Shown here piece after piece: positions 1 to 10,390 of a stretch of 64,000 nt of DNA (its first letter is position 1; every line of letters begins with the position of its first letter). Source of the stretch: Arenicellales bacterium (GTDB taxonomy: Bacteria; Pseudomonadota; Gammaproteobacteria; Arenicellales; JAJDZL01); the NCBI GenBank assembly GCA_951813075.1, contig OX638343.1, positions 1,335,999 to 1,399,998 of the forward strand, read 5' to 3'. The notes beneath the pieces were generated by a model that saw only the letters and a program-made list of their open reading frames with translations, was not told where the DNA came from and did no database searches. A program made the translations under genes and the position numbers.

Positions 1-708
1 AGAGCAGGAAAAATCCACTGCACAAACTCATCTGGATCAATCTGTTGCTCACTTACATATCCGTTTGTTTCCATGTACGTCCGCAATTTGTTGTCGAGAA
101 ATTCAGAATCGTAAAAAAGCGGCTTTGGATGTTTGGTCTGTCGATCGATAATAGCGTCCTCAAGTTCGTTGTTGCTCGCCAGATAGATGATCAGGGTATG
201 CTCCGCAAGATGCTCGAACACCCGCCTGTCGTTCAACTCGCATATGCTGCCACTCGAGTCATTGATAAAATGATCATACCCGTAGATTGACTTGGCTTTG
301 CCGATAAACTCGCCGACATCCAACATCGTCTGCACCTCTGCTTCACAGTGCAGTTTCTGGCGTTTCTTGAACTCGGCCAGTGCAAGCCCGCCCAAACTTC
401 GATTTCCCAACTTGCCAACATATTTGGATAACAGTTCCAGATTGTCAAACGTCATGGCGCTGCCGATGAATATCGAATCACTGCGTAAAAGATCACGCAG
501 AAAATCGATTTCCATGGCTTTTTCCTTGATATTGTCCAGTATCGGCTCAAGCAGATAACGTGTTCCTATCCGGTAGTCCGCAGAGAAATGAAACCATGAC
601 GTTGACGGCAGCTTGCGCGCCAAATTCGTTTTGCCGACACCCGACATTCCGATCAGCGTAACAACTTTCTGTTGCAAGTCTCGAAATTCGTTGCTTGATA
701 AATTCATG
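1..708 (-). CDS. P-loop NTPase of unknown function (C-terminal end lies beyond the window edge)
   Basis: Absent from the supplied ORF track because it has no stop inside the window. A reverse-strand ATG (708-706) opens a frame that stays open to base 1 (236 codons): MNLSSNEFRDLQQKVVTLIGMSGVGKTNLARKL... It carries a Walker A motif, GMSGVGKT. Confidence 0.6.
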
Positions 709-731
709 ACAATCTGACTCCTGCTAATGTC

Positions 732-995
732 TCAAACTCCGAGATCAAGTAACTCATCAAGTTTATTTTTTGATTGAAGGTCGTATAAATCGTCAAATCC
801 CCCGATACCGACTGAATCGATGAATATTTGCGGAACAGTCCACCTGCCGTTGCTTCGTTCTAACATTTCTGCTTTTCGGTCGGGATCAAACATCACATCG
901 TACTCGCTGTATTCAAGCCCTTTGGAATTCAGCAGTTGTTTTGCAGCATGACAATAACCACATAGTGGGTTCGTGTAGATTTCGATTTTTACCAT
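732..995 (-). CDS. grxC: glutaredoxin 3 with CGYC active site
   Basis: 87 aa, colinear with E. coli Grx3: VEIYT..C.YCH.AK.LL, TVPQIFID..IGG.DDLY. The active site reads CGYC rather than CPYC. Confidence 0.9.
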   Translation of the reverse strand: MVKIEIYTNPLCGYCHAAKQLLNSKGLEYSEYDVMFDPDRKAEMLERSNGRWTVPQIFIDSVGIGGFDDLYDLQSKNKLDELLDLGV

Positions 996-1004
996 GGCAC
1001 CGCT

Positions 1005-1460
1005 TCACTTCACGCCGGTATGTCCAAATCCGCCCTCGGCTCTGGTACTAGGATCGAACTCGCCGACCTCAACCAGTTGCGGACGAATTACCGGTACAAA
1101 AATCATCTGCGCAATCCTGTCGCCCGGCTGGACGGTAAACTCATCAGACCCCCTGTTCCAGCAGGAGATGAACACCTGTCCCTGATAGTCTGAATCAATC
1201 AGACCCACCAAGTTGCCCAGAACAATACCATGCTTATGTCCAAGCCCTGATCTTGGCAGAATCACAGCCGCGACGCCGGAATCACGAATGTCGATCGCAA
1301 TCCCGGATGGAATCAACTCACAGGCAGATGGTGCAATGACCAAAGATGCGTCAATACACGCCCTCAGATCCAATCCTGCTGCGCCTTCGGTTGAATATTC
1401 AGGCAGTGGTATTGAATTCCCAATCCGGTCATCGAGTATTTTGTAGTTTACTCTCTGCAT
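1005..1460 (-). CDS. dut: dUTP diphosphatase
   Basis: [35 protein letters not shown]... is colinear with E. coli Dut. I prefer the internal ATG at 1460 to the longest-ORF start at 1484. Sits in the classic coaBC-dut arrangement. Confidence 0.9.
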   Translation of the reverse strand: MQRVNYKILDDRIGNSIPLPEYSTEGAAGLDLRACIDASLVIAPSACELIPSGIAIDIRDSGVAAVILPRSGLGHKHGIVLGNLVGLIDSDYQGQVFISCWNRGSDEFTVQPGDRIAQMIFVPVIRPQLVEVGEFDPSTRAEGGFGHTGVK

Positions 1461-2652
1461 GAATCCGGATAGATATCTGTTCAATCAATTGCTTAGCAAT
1501 CACTTTCTTCAAAGCCGGACCGAGCGTGACGACTCCGCTACGATCAATCAATTCGAGAGTGTTTGTATCGGAGCCCAATGCCCCGTCCTCACCGCCAACA
1601 TCATTGGCAGCAATCAGATCGACACCTTTGGCCAGCAATTTTCGTTTGCCCTCGGCAACCAGATTGCCTGTTTCAGCAGCGAATCCAACCGCATATATTC
1701 CCGGATTGCGTTTCTTGACCTGCGCCAGAATGTCCGGATTCTTGACGAGTTCCAAGTGTATGGTGTCGTCATTTCGCTTTTTGAGCTTCTGAGACGATGC
1801 CGTCGCCGGTCGATAATCGGCCACTGCCGCTACAGAAATGAATATCTCAGCACCATCAATGTGTTCGAGAACAGCCTGCAGCATCTCTCTCGCACTCGTA
1901 ACGCGTATCAATCGATCGACATTTGTCGGAGAAGGTTCCTTGGCTGGCCCGGATATCAGAGTCACCTCCGCGCCTGCCTTCACTACAGCCTGCGCAATCG
2001 CATATCCCATTTTCCCGGAACTATGGTTGGTGATCCCGCGTACCGGATCAATTGCTTCCCAGGTGGAACCTGCGGTTACAACAACTTTGGCACCTTCCAG
2101 AAAATCGCTGGAGAAATGGGACTCCACCAAGCTTGTTATCTCGTCGGGCAGCAGCATACGCCCCGGCCCGAACTCCCCGCATGCTTGATCGCCGGTAGCT
2201 GGGCCTAAAATCTGAATCTCGCGATCTCTTAGAACACCCACATTGACCCGGGTCGCCGCATTTTTCCACATCAACTGGTTCATCGCCGGCGCAACAGCAA
2301 CCTGCGCCTGTGTTGCCAGACACAACGTAGATAGCAAATCGTCAGCGACTCCGTGAGCAAGTTTTGCCAGAAAACTCGCACTTGCCGGTGCAACCAAAAT
2401 CATATCGGCCCAGCGGGCTAGTTCGATATGACTCATACCGGCTTCCGCAGCTTCATCAAACAGATCAGTTCTGACCTGATTCCCACTGACTGCTTGCATC
2501 GTCAATGCAGTAATGAACTGTTGCGCATTTCGCGTCATGACGACTCGGACCTCAGCACCGTTCTCGCACAGGCGGCGAACGACTTCCGCCGCTCGGTACG
2601 CAGCTATGCCACCGGTCACGCCCAGCAGGATTTTTCGGTTTTCAAGTCCCAA
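1429..2652 (-). CDS. coaBC: bifunctional phosphopantothenoylcysteine decarboxylase / phosphopantothenate-cysteine ligase
   Basis: 407 aa. The N-terminal flavoprotein half has [13 protein letters not shown] and the C-terminal half is the synthetase domain. The 3' end overlaps the dut start. Confidence 0.93.
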   Translation of the reverse strand: MGLENRKILLGVTGGIAAYRAAEVVRRLCENGAEVRVVMTRNAQQFITALTMQAVSGNQVRTDLFDEAAEAGMSHIELARWADMILVAPASASFLAKLAHGVADDLLSTLCLATQAQVAVAPAMNQLMWKNAATRVNVGVLRDREIQILGPATGDQACGEFGPGRMLLPDEITSLVESHFSSDFLEGAKVVVTAGSTWEAIDPVRGITNHSSGKMGYAIAQAVVKAGAEVTLISGPAKEPSPTNVDRLIRVTSAREMLQAVLEHIDGAEIFISVAAVADYRPATASSQKLKKRNDDTIHLELVKNPDILAQVKKRNPGIYAVGFAAETGNLVAEGKRKLLAKGVDLIAANDVGGEDGALGSDTNTLELIDRSGVVTLGPALKKVIAKQLIEQISIRIHAESKLQNTR

Positions 2653-2699
2653 GGTATTTCTCCAAGTGAATTATTCTCGCATGAAACGCAATGTTCGCT

Positions 2700-2728
2700 T
2701 TGAATTTGTTGACTCAATAGTATAGAAT
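2700..2728 (+). promoter_or_regulatory. sigma70-type promoter candidate for rpmB-rpmG
   Basis: TTGAAT (2700-2705), a 17-nt spacer, then TAGAAT (2723-2728). It lies 47 nt upstream of the rpmB ATG. Confidence 0.45.
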
Positions 2729-2774
2729 GTGGCGCTTTATCGTCCAAATCTCAATCAACCGTAGCGCAAACGCG

Positions 2775-3011
2775 ATGCCAAGAGTCTGTCAGCTTACTGG
2801 AAAGAAAACAACCAGCGGAAACAACGTTTCCAACGCAAAGAACAAGACGAAACGTAAATTCTGTCCGAATCTCCATTATCGTAGAATTTGGGTGGAGAGT
2901 GAAAACCGCTGGGTTAAACTTCGGCTGACCCAGAAAGCCATGCGTACTATCGACAAGAATGGAATCGATGCGGTGCTTGCCGAGCTGCGCTCGAACGGCG
3001 TTAAGGTATAA
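2775..3011 (+). CDS. rpmB: 50S ribosomal protein L28
   Basis: [33 protein letters not shown]... (78 aa). The start is moved from the longest-ORF position 2727 to the internal ATG. Confidence 0.95.
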   Translation: MPRVCQLTGKKTTSGNNVSNAKNKTKRKFCPNLHYRRIWVESENRWVKLRLTQKAMRTIDKNGIDAVLAELRSNGVKV

Positions 3012-3035
3012 ATTGAGTTCGGAGATCTATCGATC

Positions 3036-3221
3036 ATGAGTGAAGGCAAACAAGAGAGAAAACAAAAACGTGCGAACATCAGACTTGTTTCGTCCGCAGG
3101 AACAGGGCACTTCTATACGACTTCCAAAAACAATACCAACGCGCCAGATAAACTTGAACTGAAAAAGTACGACCCTGTCGCTGGTAAGCACGTCATCTAT
3201 AAAGAAAGCAAGATGAAATAG
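3036..3221 (+). CDS. rpmG: 50S ribosomal protein L33
   Basis: [17 protein letters not shown]...KLELKKYDP...HVIYKESK is colinear with E. coli L33. Confidence 0.93.
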   Translation: MSEGKQERKQKRANIRLVSSAGTGHFYTTSKNNTNAPDKLELKKYDPVAGKHVIYKESKMK

Positions 3222-3315
3222 TTGAATTTGATCTCGCCGGTTGAGGTCATATCAGCGATCTTCATCCCAACCCTCAACGGGTCACGCCAGTTGCGCGTTC
3301 AGCCCAGCAGACTGA

Positions 3316-4488
3316 TCACACACAGACACTGCTCTTGAGTCGCATTGAAAAACGCATCAGCGCATCTATTCCAGACTGTTCCGCAAGCTGGCACCACTCG
3401 TCCAGCGAATGACGTAAATTTTCATAGGAAGTCGAAGACTTCATGGCGATGCCTCGAAGTTTTTCCTTCATAACATAAACCTGATGCAACTTTTTATTTG
3501 ATGCGAGGAATTGACGCAACTGCTGGCGGTGCTTCTCGCTCAACTGGTGTTCTTCAGCTGATAGCAATCGCCTGGCATTCTTGATCATTTTTTTCGACTC
3601 CCCGGTAGCATGTCGAGACTCGTCCTTCAGCACATCCAATACCACTTCGCGTGCGTAATTTGACATGACCTGGAATCGATTTGTTGCAAAAGCCCTGGCT
3701 GTTTCAAAATCGCATTGTCTCTTTTCGCTTCGATATTCCAGAACCGGAATTTTGCGATTGATATTCAGTAAACGCAACAAACTGAAAAGGCGCACATACC
3801 ACCAGCCAATATCAATCTCCCACTTTCTTGCCGAAAACTGAGCAGACGACGCATACGCGTGATGGTTGTTGTGAAGCTCCTCGCCACCAATTATGATGCC
3901 CCATGGAACAATGTTCCGACTGGCATCCGGTAAATCGAAGTTGCGATAACCGGCAAAATGACCAACTCCGTTGATCACACCCGCAGCCCAGAATGGAATC
4001 CACAGCATCTGAATGACCCAGATCGCAGCACCCGCAACGATACCGAATAAAACGACATAAAGTGCAAAGAGAATGACGAGTCCACTGTAGTGATGCTTGC
4101 CATAGACGTGTGTTTCAAGCCAATCGTTGGGAGTACCTTTGCCATAAGTTTCCAGAATTCCCGGCAAACGGACTGCACGACGATACAGAAAGAATCCACC
4201 CCATAAAACAGAATTGATTCCGGTTTGCTGAGGACTGTGTGGATCGTCCTCGGATTCAACTGTAGCGTGGTGTTTGCGGTGAACCGCTACCCATTCCTTG
4301 GTAACAATTCCCGTCGTAAGCCAAAGCCAAAAGCGAAAGAAATGACTGAGAAATGGATGGAGCTTAAGTGCTAGATGCGCCTGACAACGATGCAGAAAGA
4401 CAGTGACAGAGACGATGGTAATATGCGTCAGCACCAAAGCGACCAATACATAACCCCACCAGGGAAGTTGAATAACTGAAAAACTCAC
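3316..4488 (-). CDS. membrane fatty-acid (acyl-CoA/acyl-lipid delta-9 type) desaturase
   Basis: N-terminal TM helices plus three His boxes: HRCQAH, HRKHH and HNNHH. It also has a soluble C-terminal extension of about 110 aa. Confidence 0.8.
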   Translation of the reverse strand: MSFSVIQLPWWGYVLVALVLTHITIVSVTVFLHRCQAHLALKLHPFLSHFFRFWLWLTTGIVTKEWVAVHRKHHATVESEDDPHSPQQTGINSVLWGGFFLYRRAVRLPGILETYGKGTPNDWLETHVYGKHHYSGLVILFALYVVLFGIVAGAAIWVIQMLWIPFWAAGVINGVGHFAGYRNFDLPDASRNIVPWGIIIGGEELHNNHHAYASSAQFSARKWEIDIGWWYVRLFSLLRLLNINRKIPVLEYRSEKRQCDFETARAFATNRFQVMSNYAREVVLDVLKDESRHATGESKKMIKNARRLLSAEEHQLSEKHRQQLRQFLASNKKLHQVYVMKEKLRGIAMKSSTSYENLRHSLDEWCQLAEQSGIDALMRFSMRLKSSVCV

Positions 4489-4508
4489 TGTTCTAGAGCG
4501 TGGCGATG

Positions 4509-4727
4509 TTAACGTTCCCGATAGACGATTCGCCCCTTGGTCAAATCATATGGCGTGAGTTGCACGACAACACGGTCTCCGCGCAAAATTCGAATGTAAT
4601 TCTTGCGCATCTTCCCCGAAATATGGGCTGTGATGATGTGATCGTTGTCCAATTTCACCCGAAACGTTGTGTTCGGCAGTGTCTCCAAGACAGTGCCATT
4701 CATTTCAATTTGATCTTCTTTCGGCAA
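4509..4727 (-). CDS. infA: translation initiation factor IF-1
   Basis: (M)[71 protein letters not shown] is nearly colinear with E. coli InfA. There is no ATG at the homologous position, so I place the start at the TTG (4727-4725). The longest ORF (to 4817) adds 30 non-homologous residues. Confidence 0.9.
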   Translation of the reverse strand: MPKEDQIEMNGTVLETLPNTTFRVKLDNDHIITAHISGKMRKNYIRILRGDRVVVQLTPYDLTKGRIVYRER

Positions 4728-5085
4728 AATATACGATTCTTCCCCCGCCCAAGTAGTGTTATTCCGGGTGCAATCCAACCCGAACCAACATGTATTAAAG
4801 CATATTTTAAAGTTCACCTCTGTCCTAAAATTGGACTAACAAAATTGGCAATGTTTGTACAACTGACATTGAGAAATCGGTTCATCTCAAATTTGCAGGT
4901 GATTCGGGTTTATTGGTTGCTTGGATATCGTCGATTATTGCGTCCAATATTTCAATTTGTCCATGTTCAGTCGAATGTTCTCCTTTGCGGTCTGACTGGA
5001 CGTATTACAATTCCGTTGATTGAATTGATGGCTATTCATCCCAATTGGCACGGATAATTACACGCCCGACTGGTTCAAATCAAAG

Positions 5086-5499
5086 ATGCTCTGGACAAAA
5101 ACTTTCCATATCGTATTCGTTGTGACCTGGTTCGCAGGTCTGTTTTATCTGCCCCGTCTTTTCGTCTATCACGCTCAGGCAGATGATGAAATCAGCCTCG
5201 AACGGTTCAAGATCATGGAGAGAAAACTCTACTTTGGAATCTCAACTCCCAGTGCTGTACTCGCTCTTGCGACCGGATTGATGCTTTGGTTGCACTATGG
5301 ATTTGCAGGCACTTGGCTGGTCTACAAATTGGTGTTGGTGATCGTGCTGGTCGTCTACCATATCTGGTGCTGGAAATACCTGTTGGATTTCAAAAAAGAC
5401 CGCAATGAAAAATCGCATGTTTTTTACCGCTGGTTCAACGAAGCACCTGTCGTTCTACTGCTCGCTATCGTCGCTTTGGTTGTACTGAAGCCAATTTAA
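5086..5499 (+). CDS. hemJ: protoporphyrinogen IX oxidase HemJ (UPF0093 family)
   Basis: 137 aa with four hydrophobic helices. The N-terminal signature is HIVFVVTWFAGLFYLPRLFVYH. Confidence 0.75.
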   Translation: MLWTKTFHIVFVVTWFAGLFYLPRLFVYHAQADDEISLERFKIMERKLYFGISTPSAVLALATGLMLWLHYGFAGTWLVYKLVLVIVLVVYHIWCWKYLLDFKKDRNEKSHVFYRWFNEAPVVLLLAIVALVVLKPI

Positions 5500-5635
5500 A
5501 GACGAACCTGCATATGCGGGAACTACTCGGGTTGGTTAAGCAGACAATTTCGCGGTCGGTTTCGGGAATGCCCTCGACTCCAGCCAATCAAGAGACTATG
5601 CGCGCTGAACTGGTTATAAATAGAAAAAGTCAGAT

Positions 5636-6412
5636 TTAACCAAGTTTCTGGCAAACCGCGGCGCCGATGATCGGGCCGGACACAATCTGCCGGGCACTGT
5701 CATATTGCTGAACGATCACTGCGCAGTTCTGATTATCGTTCAATACCCCGATGTCGGTTTCGTATTCAAGCGGCATACCCCGCCATTTTCCGACTGATTT
5801 CAAATCACGCACCACGTTGAAGTTTTCAAGAGTCTTCCCCATATTCTCACCCGATGGCACATCGGTAACGTGTTTCATATCGTAGACCAGAACCCAGACA
5901 TCGCCATCTGATTCATGATTACTTTTCACGCGGATTGTCAGGTCGCCAGAATCAGATACCACAGCTTCCATGTCGAGTACAAGATCCGACTTTTGTTTGA
6001 TTCGCTTGTATGCCGTGCTCGCCTTGCTACCGACAAAAGCATATTTGCCATTAACGATAATCTGAGGAGTGTATACACCAATACGACCATTCAGTCTTAG
6101 CCGGTTGTAGTCTCTCTGGCGCTTGCTGTAGGCGCTCGAAGAAAATGGATCTCGCCATTTCCCAGCTGATCCATATACCAGATTATCCCAGTAGTCGACA
6201 TGGAATTCGAGACCGAGAATTTCATCATTCTGCTCTATGATTTCGCCAAGCAATTTTTCGGCAGGCGGGCACGAATAACAGCCTTGTGATGTAAAAAGCT
6301 CGAAGACATGCTTTATTTTGGAGTCGGCTGCTACATTAGTCGCACCCAACATCGCTGTCACGGCCATGCTCGCGACAATCAGTGTCTGGAAAAATACCCT
6401 TCCAATAAACAT
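5636..6412 (-). CDS. DUF1223 thioredoxin-like periplasmic protein
   Basis: A signal peptide (MFIGRVFFQTLIVASMAVTAMLGATNVAA) is followed by ELFTSQGCYSCPPAEKLL and YWDNL...WRDPFSS motifs. The start is set at the internal ATG to avoid overlap with the divergent trmL. Confidence 0.7.
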   Translation of the reverse strand: MFIGRVFFQTLIVASMAVTAMLGATNVAADSKIKHVFELFTSQGCYSCPPAEKLLGEIIEQNDEILGLEFHVDYWDNLVYGSAGKWRDPFSSSAYSKRQRDYNRLRLNGRIGVYTPQIIVNGKYAFVGSKASTAYKRIKQKSDLVLDMEAVVSDSGDLTIRVKSNHESDGDVWVLVYDMKHVTDVPSGENMGKTLENFNVVRDLKSVGKWRGMPLEYETDIGVLNDNQNCAVIVQQYDSARQIVSGPIIGAAVCQKLG

Positions 6413-6467
6413 AATATGATTCCGTTTCCCAAGCAAACTTTCAATCTTAACAATTCTACTGGAAATT

Positions 6468-6932
6468 TTGTTCAACGTCGTACTAGTTTCGCCTCAAATA
6501 CCGCCCAATACCGGAAACATCATCCGACTTTGCGCGAATTCCGGCTGCCGTCTCCACCTGATCGAACCACTAGGGTTCGAACTGGAAGATTCGAAACTGC
6601 GTCGCGCCGGTTTGGATTATCGGGAATGGGCTGACGTTCGGGTTCACAGCACGTATTCGGATTTCGTGGACAAATGTGGTAACGGTCGTAATTTCACTTT
6701 CTCGAAATTTCATTCAAAATTCTACACCAGCGTTGACTACACGCCGAATGACAATCTCATATTCGGTTCAGAGGTGTCAGGGCTGCCAAAATCCATCAGA
6801 TGCAGTGAAAATCCCGAACACCGACTGAAGTTGCCCATGTTGCCTGATAACCGGAGCCTTAACCTGTCAAACGCGGTCGCAATCGTAGTCTATGAGGCGT
6901 GGCGACAGAACGGATTCACAATGAATATCTAG
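6468..6932 (+). CDS. trmL: tRNA (cytidine/uridine-34 2'-O)-methyltransferase
   Basis: (M)FNVVLVSPQIPPNTGNIIRLCANSGCRLHLIEPLGF... is colinear with E. coli TrmL/YibK. The start codon is TTG. Confidence 0.88.
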   Translation: MFNVVLVSPQIPPNTGNIIRLCANSGCRLHLIEPLGFELEDSKLRRAGLDYREWADVRVHSTYSDFVDKCGNGRNFTFSKFHSKFYTSVDYTPNDNLIFGSEVSGLPKSIRCSENPEHRLKLPMLPDNRSLNLSNAVAIVVYEAWRQNGFTMNI

Positions 6933-6936
6933 CAAC

Positions 6937-7359
6937 TCACCATTGACCGGAGTTTTCCATCGACAACCAGGGCTCCTGTGGTGGAAGTGCCGCTCCTTTC
7001 TGTAAAAGCTCCACTGATATGCTGTCGGGCGACCTGACAAACGCCATTCGACCATCGCGCGGCGGACGGTTGATCGTAACACCACCTTCCATTAGTCTGT
7101 GGCAAATCTGATAGATGTCGTCGACTTCGTACGCAAGGTGGCCGAAATTGCGCCCACCGGAATATTGTTCCGAGTCCCAGTTGTAAGTGAGTTCAATCTG
7201 CGCATCCTCATCGCCCTCGGCTGCCAGAAATATCAACGTAAATCTGCCGACCTCGTTTTCGCTGCGTCGTATCTCTTTGAGTCCTAAATCATCAACGAAA
7301 AACTTAAGCGATCTATCGATATCCGATATACGCAACATAGTGTGCAGATACTTCATCAT
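6937..7359 (-). CDS. gloA: lactoylglutathione lyase (glyoxalase I)
   Basis: [18 protein letters not shown]...IELTYNW...FGHLAY...SVELLQ. The metal ligands align with E. coli GloA H5/E56/H74/E122. Confidence 0.8.
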   Translation of the reverse strand: MMKYLHTMLRISDIDRSLKFFVDDLGLKEIRRSENEVGRFTLIFLAAEGDEDAQIELTYNWDSEQYSGGRNFGHLAYEVDDIYQICHRLMEGGVTINRPPRDGRMAFVRSPDSISVELLQKGAALPPQEPWLSMENSGQW

Positions 7360-7450
7360 TTACTCCAATCCAGTTGAAAATTTTGTCATGAGTTCAGGAA
7401 CTCCTTGCTGGCTATCGACACTTTGAGTCATGCAATCGATTCTGTCTCGC

Positions 7451-8359
7451 CTAATTTCGATCTGCCATCTCACGAAAAGTTGCCTCAAGTCCCTGTCTCG
7501 CGCTTGGAAATCGTAATTCGATGGATAATTCCCGTAGCATCCGATTGTTATCGATTTTACGTGACTCGCTCAGATATCGGACCAATGCGCTACTGTGAGA
7601 CTTCAGATCGGCCAGCTGGGATGATTCGATAACCTTGGGTAACCCGAAGATCTCTGCAACCAGGTTCATGTATTCGACCATTTTCAAGGGCTGTCCGTCG
7701 GACACGTTGAATATCCCCTCTGCATTCGAATTCGCTGCGGCGATACAGATAGCGGTCAAGTCATCAACATGAATGCGGTTGAGAAATCCGCTGCTACTGG
7801 CAGGCGGCAAGGTGATACCTTGGCGGAGTCTGTCGAGTGGTACTCTGTCCGGGCCATAAATCGCACCGACTCGCAGTGTCACCAGACTGACTGCATTTTT
7901 TCTGGCCCAGTCTGCCGCGAACAACTCACTGTCAAGCCGACGCTTGGCACGGTCTGTCCGTGGATTGACCGGAGAGTCTTCATCAACCCAAGCTCCCTGA
8001 AAATCTCCGTAAACACCCGTCGTGCTGATCAAAACGAATTTTTTGGGAACGTCACCCAAGATGTTGTTCAGAAAGTTCCGAATCCGAGTATCTTTGGTTC
8101 CGTCTGATGGAGGTGGAACCAGATATATGACAGACGCCTCATCCCCTGTCAACACAACCGGTGGCTGCAGTGTGTCGAAGTCGACTTGCACAGAATCGAT
8201 GTTTTGAATCGGAACTCGTGAGCTTGCCGTGATGGCAACTACACGTCTTTTACCAGTTGCGAATTTTGCCGCTATTCGGGTTCCGGTATATCCACAACCC
8301 GCAATAACGATTGGTCCGTAGCTTTCCCGATCTGATTTGGTTCCAACCATGACAGTCAT
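7451..8359 (-). CDS. NAD(P)-binding epimerase/dehydratase-like (atypical SDR) protein
   Basis: 302 aa with a Rossmann motif IAGCGYTGTRIA near the N-terminus. Its ATG (8359-8357) directly abuts the TAA stop (8362-8360) of the upstream antiporter gene. Confidence 0.7.
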   Translation of the reverse strand: MTVMVGTKSDRESYGPIVIAGCGYTGTRIAAKFATGKRRVVAITASSRVPIQNIDSVQVDFDTLQPPVVLTGDEASVIYLVPPPSDGTKDTRIRNFLNNILGDVPKKFVLISTTGVYGDFQGAWVDEDSPVNPRTDRAKRRLDSELFAADWARKNAVSLVTLRVGAIYGPDRVPLDRLRQGITLPPASSSGFLNRIHVDDLTAICIAAANSNAEGIFNVSDGQPLKMVEYMNLVAEIFGLPKVIESSQLADLKSHSSALVRYLSESRKIDNNRMLRELSIELRFPSARQGLEATFREMADRN

Positions 8360-9532
8360 TTAATCGCGACGCAATCGCTCAGAAGTTGCAACTGGACTCG
8401 GGTAGCGAAACACAACCAGATACGATGATCCGATAAACGTGAGTACAGTTGCGATGATCAGGAAATTAGCAGCACTATCGCCAATGATGCCTGATGTGAT
8501 AGCCACGAATACAACGAGTATGGAAAACTCACTGAGCTGACCTAGCCGGAAACCAGTCTCCCAGCCTGTTTCACTCTCCTCACCAAACGAACCAAGAAGA
8601 AATCTGTAGACCGTTGGCTTGATTGCGAGTACCAACGCGGCTAAAACGAGTGACGGGACAAAGACTTCAGCAAATGCAACACCGTTGAAATGCGCACCCA
8701 TTGCAACAAAAAACAGAACCATGAAAAAGTCACGAAGAGCCTGCAGACGTTCTGCGATATACCGCGCTATAGGGGATGCCGCGACTGCCACACCTGCTAC
8801 GAAAGCGCCAATTTCGTGCGACAATCCAAAAACAACCGCTGCCAGTTCTCCCAAACCCAGACACCAGCCGATGATAACCAAGAAGAGATATTCTCGAATC
8901 TGCTCGAATTTGCTGAGCAATTTGCGAATCACAAAGTACTCCATCAGAAAAGCAATGGCTACAAAAATCGGCAAGGTAAAAACCGGTAGAAAACTCCTGA
9001 AACCAATTTCGCCGGTGTGCCCGAGTCCTTGAATGATCACCAGTGCAAAAATTGCCAACAGATCCTGTAAAAGGAGAATTCCGATCACCAGTTCACCGAT
9101 ATGCCGGTGATGAAGCGCGGTCGTCGGCAAGAGTTTGATACCCATGATGGTACTGGAAAATCCCGTCGCGATACCGGTGATCACTGCTTCGATCGCAGAA
9201 AACCCGAATAGGAGAGCAACGATAAATCCAACAGAGAAAAATGCGACCGAAGAGATCAGGGTGACAGTCGAGACAGACTGGAATATCTTCAGCAGCTTCT
9301 GTGGATAAAGATCAATGCCAAGCAGAAACAAAAGGAAAATGATTCCGATGCTCGCGAGGTTCTCCACCTGCGTGAGTTCTGGGATCAATTTAAGACCGCC
9401 TGGACCGATAATCGCACCCAGAATTATGTATACGACCGGCAGGACTTGCCGCGTATAGAGCGCAACAGTTCCCAATAGCGCTGCGCCTACATAAATCAGG
9501 AAAATTGAATCTGCTATCAGCTCCTTCTCCAT
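8360..9532 (-). CDS. cation:proton antiporter, CPA2 (Kef/NapA-like) membrane domain only
   Basis: 390 aa, hydrophobic throughout (about 11-12 helices), Na+/H+-exchanger-family composition. There is no C-terminal soluble RCK/KTN domain. Confidence 0.8.
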   Translation of the reverse strand: MEKELIADSIFLIYVGAALLGTVALYTRQVLPVVYIILGAIIGPGGLKLIPELTQVENLASIGIIFLLFLLGIDLYPQKLLKIFQSVSTVTLISSVAFFSVGFIVALLFGFSAIEAVITGIATGFSSTIMGIKLLPTTALHHRHIGELVIGILLLQDLLAIFALVIIQGLGHTGEIGFRSFLPVFTLPIFVAIAFLMEYFVIRKLLSKFEQIREYLFLVIIGWCLGLGELAAVVFGLSHEIGAFVAGVAVAASPIARYIAERLQALRDFFMVLFFVAMGAHFNGVAFAEVFVPSLVLAALVLAIKPTVYRFLLGSFGEESETGWETGFRLGQLSEFSILVVFVAITSGIIGDSAANFLIIATVLTFIGSSYLVVFRYPSPVATSERLRRD

Positions 9533-9611
9533 CGCACCTACCTAGTGCCTGCTCGATTTGATTCGCTGCACCTGTCAACAGTGCGGCAATCGTGATTCAG
9601 TCAATACACGA

Positions 9612-10187
9612 TCACGAACCAGAGTTTCTCCATTTAATGTTGCAACCAACACTCGGAATTTGATCCAATGAAATCGCAGCACCCGCTAACAGCGCTTCGG
9701 AGGCGTTTCTCAAGTCTTCACCTGTAACCGGAATTTGATTGCCGGGGCGACTACTGTCGAACTGTCCTCGATAAACCAGTTTTAGATCTGAATCAAACAG
9801 ATAAATGTCTGGCGTGCAGGCAGCGTCATATACTTTTGCGACCGCCTGAGTCTCATCATAGAGATAAGGGAAAATATAGCCATGCCTGACGGCATCCGAA
9901 GCCATTTTATCCGGCCCGTCCTGGGGATGTGAAACGACGTCATTCGCGCTGATTGCGATCACTGAAATACCTTTACCCGCGTATTCGCGTGCGTAATCTG
10001 AAATGGCTTCCTTTATGTGGATTACATAAGGACAATGATTACAAATGAACGCAATCACGACCCCGCGTGATTGCTCAAAATCAGTCAACGACGTATTTCC
10101 AGAGGGGAAATTCGGGTTGGTGTTCGGTAGTGTGAAATCCGGTGCACGAGTTCCCAGTTCCAACATGTTTGAAGGTGTCTCAGCCAT
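9612..10187 (-). CDS. thioredoxin-fold thiol-disulfide oxidoreductase (AhpC/TSA-like)
   Basis: 191 aa. It has GVVIAFICNHCPYVIHI with a CxxC-type motif (CNHC) in a thioredoxin-fold context. Confidence 0.78.
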   Translation of the reverse strand: MAETPSNMLELGTRAPDFTLPNTNPNFPSGNTSLTDFEQSRGVVIAFICNHCPYVIHIKEAISDYAREYAGKGISVIAISANDVVSHPQDGPDKMASDAVRHGYIFPYLYDETQAVAKVYDAACTPDIYLFDSDLKLVYRGQFDSSRPGNQIPVTGEDLRNASEALLAGAAISLDQIPSVGCNIKWRNSGS

Positions 10188-10390
10188 AAATATTTGATTT
10201 ATAAAGAATCAGTTAATCAATGTTGATTCGGTTCGTAATCTTCGTTTGTTTGGAAGATTCTTGCACCTTAATTTTCTCAACCGGTTCGCGTCTCGCCCCT
10301 TGGCGAAATCACAAGCAGATAAATCGCCATCAGCTACTACTTGTAGCTCATGTTGCCAACTTCCATCAGCATTACGGTCTTGCACCAGTA

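Noticed and set aside
1459-2208. 249-aa plus-strand ORF, with similar long ORFs at 4500-5057 (+), 12845-13423 (-), 16413-17395 (-) and 35889-36425 (-).
   Set aside because: All lie antisense to, or out of frame within, strongly supported genes (coaBC, infA, the GT-C protein, moeA, the SDR). Their translations are low-complexity (Ser/Arg/Pro-rich) with no recognisable motifs, so they are typical shadow ORFs.
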